From: Planctomycetota bacterium | Lineage (GTDB): Bacteria; Planctomycetota; SZUA-567; JAFGGJ01 | DNA length: 17,231 bases | Reading direction: 5' to 3' | Assembly: GCA_016930595.1 (NCBI GenBank) | Contig: JAFGGJ010000064.1 | Location: 1-17,231 of the forward strand | Part shown: piece by piece, positions 1 to 7,652 of the stretch | Layout of the letters: the number at the start of each line of letters is the position of its first letter | Numbering within the stretch: position 1 is the stretch's first letter | The notes under the pieces: generated by a model | Database searches by the model: none | Seen by the model: the letters and a program-made list of their open reading frames with translations, nothing else | What the model was told of the DNA's origin: nothing | Program-made: the position numbers and the translations under genes

Positions 1-38
1 CGAAGCATTGCGTGTGGGAGCGCAGCGACAAAACGGGT

Positions 39-79
39 CAAGGGCCCGTGGCCCTTGCGGGTCCAGGGTAGAGCCCTGG
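39..79 (+). terminator. Two consecutive GC-rich hairpins (39-57: 8-bp stem caagggcc/ggcccttg, 3-nt loop; 63-79: 6-bp stem ccaggg/ccctgg, 5-nt loop) followed by a T-rich tract (81-100). Candidate intrinsic terminator of a gene upstream of the window.
   Basis: Perfect inverted repeats read directly from the sequence. A pyrimidine/T-rich run follows. Located at the 5' edge, before the AT-richer sulfatase leader. Confidence 0.3.
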
Positions 80-203
80 GGGCCTTCTCCGTGTCTTTTC
101 CGCGCCGAAAAGTGCATTTTCATGTCGCGTCGGTTTTTGCAGCACTGGTTTGGGAAGTCTATGTCCTATGGGACGTTAGGTATGGCGATATACTGCTACA
201 GAT

Positions 204-232
204 TGGCTTCGTTTTGTCAATTTGTTATATGT
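204..232 (+). promoter_or_regulatory. Weak sigma70-like promoter candidate for the sulfatase gene (TTGGCT-N17-TATATG).
   Basis: Hexamers at 204-209 and 227-232 with 17-nt spacing in the AT-richer leader. Each hexamer matches consensus at only 4/6 positions. Confidence 0.2.
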
Positions 233-251
233 TTCCTGCGGTTCCAGGTGC

Positions 252-298
252 GTGGACACCCTTTTCGGGCGGAAACATCCTCTCGAACCGCCGTCCAC
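252..298 (+). promoter_or_regulatory. Nested stem-loop in the sulfatase 5' leader (outer stem gtggac/gtccac 252-257/293-298; inner stem ggcgg/ccgcc 268-272/288-292).
   Basis: 11 bp of complementarity in total, with a 10-nt asymmetric internal loop and a 15-nt terminal loop, about 80 nt upstream of the start codon. Confidence 0.25.
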
Positions 299-375
299 TT
301 GAACAGCGTGATTGGGTCATATATCATCTGTATGGGCAGGGGAGTTGTGAACGGGTGTGACATGGGAGGCGGAAT

Positions 376-1773
376 ATGGCAAGGCACGTAGTGTTGATAA
401 TGACGGACCAGCAGCGGGCCGACACTCTGGCGGCTTTCGGCGGACGTTGCGGCACGGCTCCCAGTCTCGATGCACTGGCCGCCGAATGCACTGTCATGGA
501 ACGCTCCTACTGCACTACGCCGCTGTGCGTCCCCACACGTACCGCCTTGTATACCGGACTGCTTCCCCATGAAAGCGGCGTGGTCGTCAACGGCTGGACC
601 GATACGGAAAACCCCTTCTCCCTGCTGCCCGTCGCCACCCCTACCCTTTACGAACACCTTGCCGCCCACGGATACGGCATAACGCACGTCGGTACCGACC
701 ACGTGAAATCGGATGCCCCCATATATGAACGCGTCCCGGAAATGACCTACGTCGGCAGCCGGCAGCACGGCGAATACCTTGCTTCCAGGGGGATGGAACG
801 CCCGGATCTTTCGTTCACAAGGGCGCCGTGCCTGGACTACGATGACGGGCAGCCGATCTGTGTGGATTTCACTACGCCGAGAACGGGGGTGTGGCCGTAC
901 GCACCCGAACATTTCCTGGACTGTTTCTACGCCGGGGAAGCCGAACGGATAATATCGGAATTGGATACCGGCACGCCGCAGTTCATCGAAGTGCTCTTCT
1001 GGGCGCCGCATGTGCCGCTGGTAGCTCCGGAACCTTACTATTCCATGTTCGACAGGCAATCGATCGAACTCCCGGAAACGACTGGCGTTTGGGATCCGGC
1101 CAAGCCGGCCACTCATCTGATGCATATCCCAGGCAAGTTCGGCACGATGTACCTGCGTGAAGAATGGCGGGAACCCTGGGCTGTCTACCTGGGACTCGTG
1201 CGCCTGGTGGACGACTGTATCGGCCGGGTGATAAGGGCGCTGAAAACGCGCGGCATATGGGAAGATGCCCTGGTCATATTCACGCCGGATCACGGCGAAA
1301 TGCTGGGCAGCCACGCGATGTTTCAGAAAATGTGCATGTACGAAGAAGCCGTCCATCTGCCACTGCTGATAAAACCACCGGGCGGGCGGAACGTCGAGCG
1401 ATGCGGAGCGCTTACGGGCCAGATAGACCTCAACCCGACGATATGCGAATATGCCGGAGTGCCGCTCATGGGCGGAAACTACCCGCGGTCCATGAAACCG
1501 CTCCTGGAAGGTGCGCCCGCTCATGACAGGGACTTCGTGTTCATGGAATTCAACGGAAATTCGGGCAGGGCGTTCGAACAGCGTGCGATAGTGCGGGACA
1601 GGTGGAAGTACATCTATACGAAAAACGACGTGGACGAGCTCTACGACCTGCAGAACGACCCGGCTGAAATAACGAACCTTGTACCCGGCGGAGAATACGA
1701 AAACATACGCAGGGAGCTCCGGTGCGAACTTGGCGACTTCATGGCGAAGACTTCGGACCGCATAGCGCTGTGA
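376..1773 (+). CDS. Type I (Cys-type) sulfatase / arylsulfatase-family hydrolase, no signal peptide.
   Basis: 465-aa ORF. Strong SD (GGGAGG) 7 nt upstream of the ATG. The N-terminus starts directly with the conserved sulfatase core (VVLIMTDQQRADTL). Formylglycine signature C-V-P-T-R-T-A-L-Y-T-G is present in CTTPLCVPTRTALYTG. A stop in the same frame at 358-360 rules out an upstream in-frame signal peptide. Confidence 0.9.
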   Translation: MARHVVLIMTDQQRADTLAAFGGRCGTAPSLDALAAECTVMERSYCTTPLCVPTRTALYTGLLPHESGVVVNGWTDTENPFSLLPVATPTLYEHLAAHGYGITHVGTDHVKSDAPIYERVPEMTYVGSRQHGEYLASRGMERPDLSFTRAPCLDYDDGQPICVDFTTPRTGVWPYAPEHFLDCFYAGEAERIISELDTGTPQFIEVLFWAPHVPLVAPEPYYSMFDRQSIELPETTGVWDPAKPATHLMHIPGKFGTMYLREEWREPWAVYLGLVRLVDDCIGRVIRALKTRGIWEDALVIFTPDHGEMLGSHAMFQKMCMYEEAVHLPLLIKPPGGRNVERCGALTGQIDLNPTICEYAGVPLMGGNYPRSMKPLLEGAPAHDRDFVFMEFNGNSGRAFEQRAIVRDRWKYIYTKNDVDELYDLQNDPAEITNLVPGGEYENIRRELRCELGDFMAKTSDRIAL

Positions 1774-2008
1774 CGCCACCTCCGTCAGCTTCATGGCGGC
1801 ACGGAAACGGCCGAAGCCAGGTCGCCGGCCCAAGGTTCAGGCGGACTTCGGGCGGCCCGCCGTCTTCCGCGGAAAGCCCGTCATGCGCCCCGCCGGGGAA
1901 GACGAACCCGCCCAGCAGGACGCCGGGGAAATGTCACGGAATAAGCGTATCCTGGGAGGTAGAACAAAAGGCGGTGCTTCACACAGACGGAACCCGTCGT
2001 TCGGTGGT

Positions 2009-4033
2009 TCAGTCAAGGCGCTGGAGGAGGTCGGCGGCCTGTTTGGCGACAGGGGAGTCTTTGAGTTCCTTCAGGAGCGCCTTCGCGCCATCCGGCCTGC
2101 CGATGTCAACGAGGAATTCCGCCAGCAGCAGCTTGTTTTCCGGCGTGTCCGGCAGGGCGAGGGCGGCGAGGCTGTACAGCTTGAAAGGGCTGACAGCATC
2201 CCACGCAACGGTGAGCGGCATGCCTGCCGCCGCCGCCTGCACGCCCGTTTTGTCCACTTCCGTGATCCCGGCCAGAGCTTTCATGCCCGCGACACTCACC
2301 GTAATCTTCTGCCCCCTGACGGCTGCCGGATTCGCAGCGACCGCGGCGATAAGCCTGTTACCTCGAGCCGCCCGTGCGCCCAGCATTTCCAGCGACTTTC
2401 TGCCGTTTTCATCAGCGCCGGCGGATTTGGTTTTTATGAGAGCGAGAGCTTCGTCGTAGCGGTTGGCGGCGAGGGCTTTTTCGATTTCCGGCCAGCACTT
2501 GAGCGGAGCGGTTTCTTCGGAAGAAGAGCCGTCGGGAGAAAGGAGAGTGGAACCGCGCGCCTGAACGTCTACGAAGCCGACGAGTGCGCGTTTGAATTCA
2601 TCCGCGGTCTTGTGGGCAAGATTTATGCGAAGGGCGGGGTCATCGGTGGCGGCGGGGTCGCAGAGGGCAACCGTGACGGCTTTCTTGCCGGCGGGTATGG
2701 ATGCGGGGAGCTTGAGGGAGAGTTTCATGATGTGGGGCTGCCTGGGGTCGGGGACCCAGGTGCTGGTCCGGGCCTGTTCGGGAGGGACGACGTGCCTGTA
2801 GTAGACACTGGTGCCTTTAAGGATGCTTATTTCGACGGCATAATCCCTGTAGGGGGGCGCGTTGCCGAGGTTCGACCAGAGGAGAGCGATGGACCAAGCA
2901 GCGCCGCTCTGGGCAGGATCCTGGTAAAGGGCCTTGGTGACGGCAAGGCGGTAACCGAGGCGCTTGCCGAGTTCCTTCATGAGGGGCTCATACTGCCTGT
3001 AGGCGTTGAAGGCGCCGTCGCCCTTGCCGACCATGACGATGGAGGCGTGGCACTTGTCGATGGCCCATTCGAGTGTGGAGCGGACGTTTTCGGGGGTGCC
3101 CCAGCCGCTGCCGGCGGAATCGGTCCAGTCAACGTAGCCGTTTTCGAACATACAGAGAGCCTGCGGCCAGTGGGTTTCAAAATCCTTGTTGGTCCTGCCG
3201 GCCCTGGAGTAGTCCATGCCGAGGCCGTCGTCACGGAAGCCGATACGGTTCTTGACGGCGTAATCGCGTGTTTCGGGCTTACCGTAGGAGCCGAAATCGG
3301 CGGCGATGATGATCTGGGCAGCGGGGAAAGCAGCCCTGTAGCCGTCCACGAGCTTGACTATCATGTCATGCCAGGCGTCGGGGGTCAGGCCGTTCTGCTT
3401 CCAGACGGAAAGATCGTCGAGGGAAGGGACGCCGGTGTTCCGGAGGTTCATTTCGCCCCAGTTGCCGCCGCCGATGTCCACGTAGCCGAGGCTGGGGTCG
3501 GAAGCGTAACGCTTGCCGAGAAAAGCGGCGAGCTTGTTGAACTGCTGAATGTAGACCGGATCCCAGAAAACGGGGACCCAGTTGTTGTGGTCGCCGGGCT
3601 CGCGGAAGCCCTTGGCTCCGAGCTGGGTAAAGATGTAGGCGGGCACGGCGGTATCGCAGCCCTGGACCTGCTGTCCGGTGCGCTGGTAGGTCGGGTTCTG
3701 GGAGTTGTAGGAAACAACGCGGAAAGCGTAGTACTTGCCGGCGTCTTTGCAGAGGCGCTGCATGCCGTCGATAACGCGCACTGCGGAGGAGCCTTCGTAC
3801 TGTTCCTGCCGGGTCTCGTAGTTCGTCCAGCAGGCGCGGTAGTAGTAGTGGCTGACGAGAGGCATTTCTTCGATGCCGCGCTTGACGTGGCTTGGGCCGG
3901 CGGTGACGAGCATCTGCCAGCCGATACCCGGGTTGAAGATGTATTCGTCGGAGAGTTCGGGAGTGACTTCGACGGCGCGGAGGTGGAAACAGCAGGAGAA
4001 GAGCAGCGACAGTACGAGTGTGCGTTTGCGCAT
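2009..4033 (-). CDS. Secreted glycoside-hydrolase-like protein (TIM-barrel-like N-terminal region about 450 aa; helical/TPR-like C-terminal region); family not assigned.
   Basis: ORF 2009-4060. I prefer the internal ATG at 4033 (MRKRTLVLSLLFSCCFHLRA signal peptide) because GGGAGG sits 4 nt upstream of it. A TATAAT box sits at 4061-4066 (minus sense). Motifs FENGYVDW and DIGGGNWGE resemble glycosidase TIM barrels, but I cannot place the family without a search. Confidence 0.6.
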   Translation of the reverse strand: MRKRTLVLSLLFSCCFHLRAVEVTPELSDEYIFNPGIGWQMLVTAGPSHVKRGIEEMPLVSHYYYRACWTNYETRQEQYEGSSAVRVIDGMQRLCKDAGKYYAFRVVSYNSQNPTYQRTGQQVQGCDTAVPAYIFTQLGAKGFREPGDHNNWVPVFWDPVYIQQFNKLAAFLGKRYASDPSLGYVDIGGGNWGEMNLRNTGVPSLDDLSVWKQNGLTPDAWHDMIVKLVDGYRAAFPAAQIIIAADFGSYGKPETRDYAVKNRIGFRDDGLGMDYSRAGRTNKDFETHWPQALCMFENGYVDWTDSAGSGWGTPENVRSTLEWAIDKCHASIVMVGKGDGAFNAYRQYEPLMKELGKRLGYRLAVTKALYQDPAQSGAAWSIALLWSNLGNAPPYRDYAVEISILKGTSVYYRHVVPPEQARTSTWVPDPRQPHIMKLSLKLPASIPAGKKAVTVALCDPAATDDPALRINLAHKTADEFKRALVGFVDVQARGSTLLSPDGSSSEETAPLKCWPEIEKALAANRYDEALALIKTKSAGADENGRKSLEMLGARAARGNRLIAAVAANPAAVRGQKITVSVAGMKALAGITEVDKTGVQAAAAGMPLTVAWDAVSPFKLYSLAALALPDTPENKLLLAEFLVDIGRPDGAKALLKELKDSPVAKQAADLLQRLD

Positions 4034-4060
4034 AAGGCCTCCCGAGCCTCGCTCGTACAT

Positions 4061-4066
4061 ATTATA
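4061..4066 (-). promoter_or_regulatory. Perfect TATAAT -10 hexamer (minus sense) immediately upstream of the 2009-4033 gene. Possible internal promoter within the operon.
   Basis: Reverse complement of 4061-4066 is TATAAT. Only a weak -35 candidate (TGTAAC at 18-nt spacing) is present. Confidence 0.25.
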
Positions 4067-4102
4067 CAGCAGCCGGCGGCGGACGTTACAGGAAAGAAAA
4101 CA

Positions 4103-5779
4103 TCAGTCGACGCGGTCCATGCGTGCGGCGAGGTCTTCGGTGAATTCCGGGGTCTTGAACACGCACATGTTACCGTTCTTCGCGGTAATCTGTTCCGTCT
4201 TGACCGTGTCCCCTGTCGCCGGGTCAATCCACTTGACGTTGAAGGTGCCAGGGCCGGTCCAGACGTAGATGGTGCCTTTGGCCGGATTGCCGTGATTGCC
4301 GTGGTTGTTCATGTAGAGGAGCGTGAGTTTGCCGTTGGAAAGGGCATAGCGGTAGAACTCGTCGCCTTTTTCGCCATAGCCGATCATGGCGGGGCGGAGC
4401 GAAACGGGGACGTCTGCGACAAACTCGAGAAAAATCTTGAAGAAACTCCTGGCTTCCGGACCGAGATAGGCGTTGGCGTTGCCGCCGCGGTGTTCGGTGG
4501 TTTCGGGAAAGAAGCGGCCTCCCATGTGCCAGAACAGGATGCCCGCTTCGTTCATAAAGGCGGTCCAGACGGCGACGCGCCACTTGACGGGGTCCTTGTT
4601 GGAAAGGGGATTCTGGTTGCCGAATTCAGTGTAGAGGACGGGCTTGCCGAAACTCTTGAACCGCAGGAGCTCCTTGCAGAGGTGCGCGTCGACTTCGTCC
4701 GCCGGCATCCACATGTATTCGTGCACGCAGACGACCCGGCACCATGGTTCGGAGGGGCGTTCGTAGTTCGTGGTGACGATGTGAGCATAGGGATCGTGCG
4801 CGGAGATGAGGGCGGCCATTTCGCGGAGCCATTCGTCGGGCGTGAAGCTATCCTCGTTGAATATCTCCCAGATGTCAGTGTAAGCGGCGTAGCGTGCGAC
4901 GAGGTAGCGGAGGTACTGCTTCACTTCCTTCTGGGCGATGGGGCTGCGGATGTTCTTCCAGCCGGCGAGATCGCGGTTGTGGCCGAACGCGCCCTTGCTG
5001 TGTCCCCAGAGGCTCATGTCCTGGAACGGGATGAGAATGACGGCGAAACCGTGAGCGCGCAGGTCGCGCAGGGCGACGTCGAGCGAGCGTGCTTCGTCGA
5101 AATCATAGAAGGACTTGCCGTCCTCATCGACCTTGAGCACCTGCTGCGCACAGCCCGCTCCGGTCCCCTGGCCGAGCTGGATGCGGAAGAGGTTAGCCTT
5201 GCCCTGGAATTCGTCGAGATAATGCCTGAAGGGGACCGAGCGCCAGGTACGGTCAACGGGTCCGTCGAGACCAGGGGTCTTCTGGCCGCCGGGTTGAATG
5301 CCCACGGGATAGAAAGGCGTGCCGTCGTCCCACACGAAACGGTACGGGTTAACCCTGGATATGCGCAGGAACCCTTTGTCATGAGCAGACTTGCAGTCCA
5401 GCGACGCACGTTTTTCAGCGACGGTCCTTCCTGCGTGTTCCAGGCGCAAATCCACGGCCCACACGCCCGGCCGGTCAGGGACGAAGCGCGCCTTCCAGGT
5501 GCCCGCTCCGTCAAAGAAACCCTCGAAACGGCGGATGTGCATATCGTTGCGCGGCGGGGTGACGGTAACGTGAAGGACGGCGTCGGCGATGGGATCGGCG
5601 ATTTCACCGTCGTAACGCAGTGGGACATCGATGGCTTCGCCGACGCGTGGAGCGAGGACGTCCATGGAGGTCACCGGGGCAGGACCGGCAGCGGAGCCGA
5701 CCGAAGAACCCGGGGCGCAGGAAACGGCCGCAAGAGCAAGAACGGCGGGAAACATGAACAAAAAGAAGCGCTTTCGCAT
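4103..5779 (-). CDS. Lipoprotein glycoside hydrolase of clan GH-A (GH5-like/DUF4038-like TIM barrel).
   Basis: ORF 4103-5821 (the track starts at TTG). I prefer the ATG at 5779 giving MRKRFFLFMFPAVLALAAVSC with lipobox A-V-S-C. Acid/base-like motif IWEIFNED and nucleophile-like motif LYTEFGN lie about 80 aa apart, as in GH5-type (beta/alpha)8 hydrolases. Only 13 nt separate it from the upstream URO-D stop. Confidence 0.75.
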   Translation of the reverse strand: MRKRFFLFMFPAVLALAAVSCAPGSSVGSAAGPAPVTSMDVLAPRVGEAIDVPLRYDGEIADPIADAVLHVTVTPPRNDMHIRRFEGFFDGAGTWKARFVPDRPGVWAVDLRLEHAGRTVAEKRASLDCKSAHDKGFLRISRVNPYRFVWDDGTPFYPVGIQPGGQKTPGLDGPVDRTWRSVPFRHYLDEFQGKANLFRIQLGQGTGAGCAQQVLKVDEDGKSFYDFDEARSLDVALRDLRAHGFAVILIPFQDMSLWGHSKGAFGHNRDLAGWKNIRSPIAQKEVKQYLRYLVARYAAYTDIWEIFNEDSFTPDEWLREMAALISAHDPYAHIVTTNYERPSEPWCRVVCVHEYMWMPADEVDAHLCKELLRFKSFGKPVLYTEFGNQNPLSNKDPVKWRVAVWTAFMNEAGILFWHMGGRFFPETTEHRGGNANAYLGPEARSFFKIFLEFVADVPVSLRPAMIGYGEKGDEFYRYALSNGKLTLLYMNNHGNHGNPAKGTIYVWTGPGTFNVKWIDPATGDTVKTEQITAKNGNMCVFKTPEFTEDLAARMDRVD

Positions 5780-5792
5780 CACGGAGTCCCCC

Positions 5793-6863
5793 CTAGGCAT
5801 ATGATCCGAGTTCCTTGGCAAGCCGCGTGAATTCGCGGAATTCTTCCAGGCTGACGGATTGGGGAACGGAATGGTCGGAGCCGGCGACGTACCCGCCGTT
5901 CTGCTTCATGACGGGGATAACCCTGCGCATCTCTTCCCACATTTTTTCCGGTTCCGTGTAGAGGACGGCGTTGAGGCCGCCGTGGAAGGCAAGGCGGTCA
6001 CCGTATTCCCGCTTGAGGGCAATAGGGTCCATGCCGGCCTTGACTTCAAGCGGATTGAGCATATCGACGCCGATTTCGACAAGTTCCGGGACGAAGGGGC
6101 GTATATCGCCGCAGGAATGGAGCCTGGTCCTGATGCCGCGTTCATGGGCCCACTCGCAGGCGCGCCGGTGAACGGGCTTGAGAAGTTCCCGGTACATATC
6201 GAGGGAAAAGAACTGGTTGAGCTTGTAGCCCATGTCGTCGGGCCAGGTAATTTCGTCAAGCTCATAGCCCTCGTCAAAAATCATGTCGAAGAGAGCGATA
6301 TCGAGGTCGAGGAAAGTGTTGAACATGTCAACAGCCCATTCGGGCTGCATGGCGAGAGCGACGAGGAGGCGTTCGGTACCGACGGTCCAGGAATGGGTGA
6401 CGTCGAAACCGAACCAGAAGCCGCCGGAGATCCAGCAGCCTTTCGCCCGCCAGTCTTCGTAATGAGCTTCGAGGCGGTCCCAGGCGATCCGGTTGCGGTC
6501 AGGCGTCATGCGCTTTTTCGCTTCCGCCCAGGAAGCGGGATCGACGATGGTAAAATCGAGGAATTCGGGGACGCCGCCGGAATGTTTCCAGTTCTTGAGC
6601 GTAGCCCCCCACTTGGTGGTGGCGACCTTGTAATCATCGGTTTCTTCAAGGACTTCGACGGGATAGCGCGGGCTGTTGTCGGCGCCGACGGAAACTATCC
6701 TGTCGAGGTCAAAATACTCGATGAAATCGACGTTATGGGGCATGCCTTCGGCGTGCCAGCGTTCGATGGTGGAGCCCCAGGGACTGTCGGTGACGGGGAC
6801 CCGGTCGGCTTCCCTGTGGCTGTACATGAGAGACATTCTTTCGCGGGTGGCAAGTCCCGGCAT
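5793..6863 (-). CDS. Uroporphyrinogen decarboxylase (URO-D) family protein, of the MtaA/MtbA-like methyltransferase or decarboxylase type. Cytoplasmic.
   Basis: 356-aa ORF, ATG start with AAGGAG 7 nt upstream. N-terminal RE..L...HREADRVPV and an HSCGD motif are typical of the URO-D fold. No signal peptide. Confidence 0.85.
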   Translation of the reverse strand: MPGLATRERMSLMYSHREADRVPVTDSPWGSTIERWHAEGMPHNVDFIEYFDLDRIVSVGADNSPRYPVEVLEETDDYKVATTKWGATLKNWKHSGGVPEFLDFTIVDPASWAEAKKRMTPDRNRIAWDRLEAHYEDWRAKGCWISGGFWFGFDVTHSWTVGTERLLVALAMQPEWAVDMFNTFLDLDIALFDMIFDEGYELDEITWPDDMGYKLNQFFSLDMYRELLKPVHRRACEWAHERGIRTRLHSCGDIRPFVPELVEIGVDMLNPLEVKAGMDPIALKREYGDRLAFHGGLNAVLYTEPEKMWEEMRRVIPVMKQNGGYVAGSDHSVPQSVSLEEFREFTRLAKELGSYA

Positions 6864-6886
6864 AGGGGGTCTCCTTCCGGCAGACG

Positions 6887-6916
6887 CCTATTCTTGCAGG
6901 AAACGGGATATGTCAA
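6887..6916 (-). promoter_or_regulatory. Candidate promoter of the URO-D/GH operon: -35 TTGACA (revcomp of 6911-6916), 15-nt spacer, extended -10 TGcAAGAAT (revcomp of 6887-6895).
   Basis: Perfect TTGACA preceded by CCC. The TG-extended -10 sits about 27 nt upstream of the ATG at 6863. The same CCTTGAC...TGCAAGA pattern recurs at 9239-9269. Confidence 0.35.
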
Positions 6917-6924
6917 GGGCAGCC

Positions 6925-6958
6925 TTGACTTGACTGGGAAGAACACAGGACTATAAAG
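6925..6958 (+). promoter_or_regulatory. Candidate promoter of the NfeD-flotillin operon: overlapping TTGACT TTGACT (-35), 17-nt spacer, TATAAA (-10).
   Basis: -35 at 6930-6935 and -10 at 6953-6958 with exactly 17-nt spacing. The ATG at 6980 is preceded by a GGAAAGGG SD. Confidence 0.4.
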
Positions 6959-6979
6959 AAAGCCGGAAAGGGCGGAGCC

Positions 6980-7651
6980 ATGGGCGACTGGTGGCAGGGG
7001 CTGACGACGGCCCACAAGGTTTTTGTGTTTCTGGCGGCATTTTCAAGCGTGCTGTTCCTGTGGCAGATGATAGGCGCGGTGATGGGGCTGGGAGGCGGTG
7101 AGGACTTTGACACGGACGGAGGGGACGCGGACGTCGCGGGGCACGGTGACGTGGACGTCGACAGCGACGTTCACGCCGACGCCCATGCCGGACATGGAGG
7201 AGACGAGGGACCGGCGGGCACGGTGTTCGCGTTCAAGCTGCTGTCGCTGAGGTCCATCATAGCGTTCGTGACACTCTTCAGCTGGGGGGGAACGCTGTAC
7301 CTGTCGCAGGATGGGATGACGCTGGAGAAAGCACTGGCGTACAGCGTGCTGTGGGGACTCGCGGCGATGCTAATAGTCGCGCTGCTGATCTACAAGATTG
7401 CGCAGTTGCAGGAGACGGGCAACAAGTCGCTTGCGACGGCGGTGGGACAGGACGGAACGGTGTATGCGGACATACCTGAAAACGGCGCGGGCAAGGTGCG
7501 TGTGCTGGTAAGCGGGGTAATAAGTTTTGTGAACGCCAGGTGCAAGGACGGAGCCGCGGCAAAAGCCGGGACGGAAATAAAGGTGCTGCGGGTAGCCGGG
7601 CCGAACATCCTGGAGGTGGAACAAAAAGGCATGAGCGAAGGAGAGGAATGA
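6980..7651 (+). CDS. NfeD-like / YqiJ-family inner-membrane protein (flotillin-associated), with an acidic His/Asp-rich loop.
   Basis: 223 aa with three predicted TM helices, a C-terminal OB-like NfeD segment (GKVRVLVSGVISFVNARCKDG...IKVL) and a D/H-rich stretch between TM1 and TM2. The stop overlaps the start of the flotillin gene (ATGAGATG). Confidence 0.7.
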   Translation: MGDWWQGLTTAHKVFVFLAAFSSVLFLWQMIGAVMGLGGGEDFDTDGGDADVAGHGDVDVDSDVHADAHAGHGGDEGPAGTVFAFKLLSLRSIIAFVTLFSWGGTLYLSQDGMTLEKALAYSVLWGLAAMLIVALLIYKIAQLQETGNKSLATAVGQDGTVYADIPENGAGKVRVLVSGVISFVNARCKDGAAAKAGTEIKVLRVAGPNILEVEQKGMSEGEE

Positions 7652-7652
7652 G

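Noticed and set aside
8-391. Two overlapping + strand ORFs (8-391, 55-360) upstream of the sulfatase.
   Set aside because: The region is AT-richer and A-poor, so stops are depleted by composition. Translations are Cys/Phe-rich with no domain-like features and no RBS. I treated the region as the sulfatase leader/promoter.
217-1833. 538-aa ORF antisense to the sulfatase.
   Set aside because: Codon-complement-frame artefact. The sulfatase on the + strand has a clear formylglycine signature motif and RBS.
1774-2008. 235-nt convergent intergenic region between sulfatase and GH gene, examined for a terminator or small gene.
   Set aside because: Only short imperfect palindromes (CCGCGG, gccggggaa repeated 30 nt apart) and no hairpin of 6 bp or more followed by a U-tract. 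ORFs here are basic low-complexity junk.
1793-5830. 1345-aa ORF on the + strand spanning two minus-strand genes and their intergenic gap.
   Set aside because: It lies in the exact codon-complement frame of both real genes. In that frame, antisense stops would need the rare sense codons TTA/CTA/TCA. Its translation is low-complexity (G/A/V/R-rich). The minus-strand genes have signal peptides, RBSs and catalytic motifs. The two real genes happen to share a frame and the 42-nt gap has no stop, which is a coincidence.
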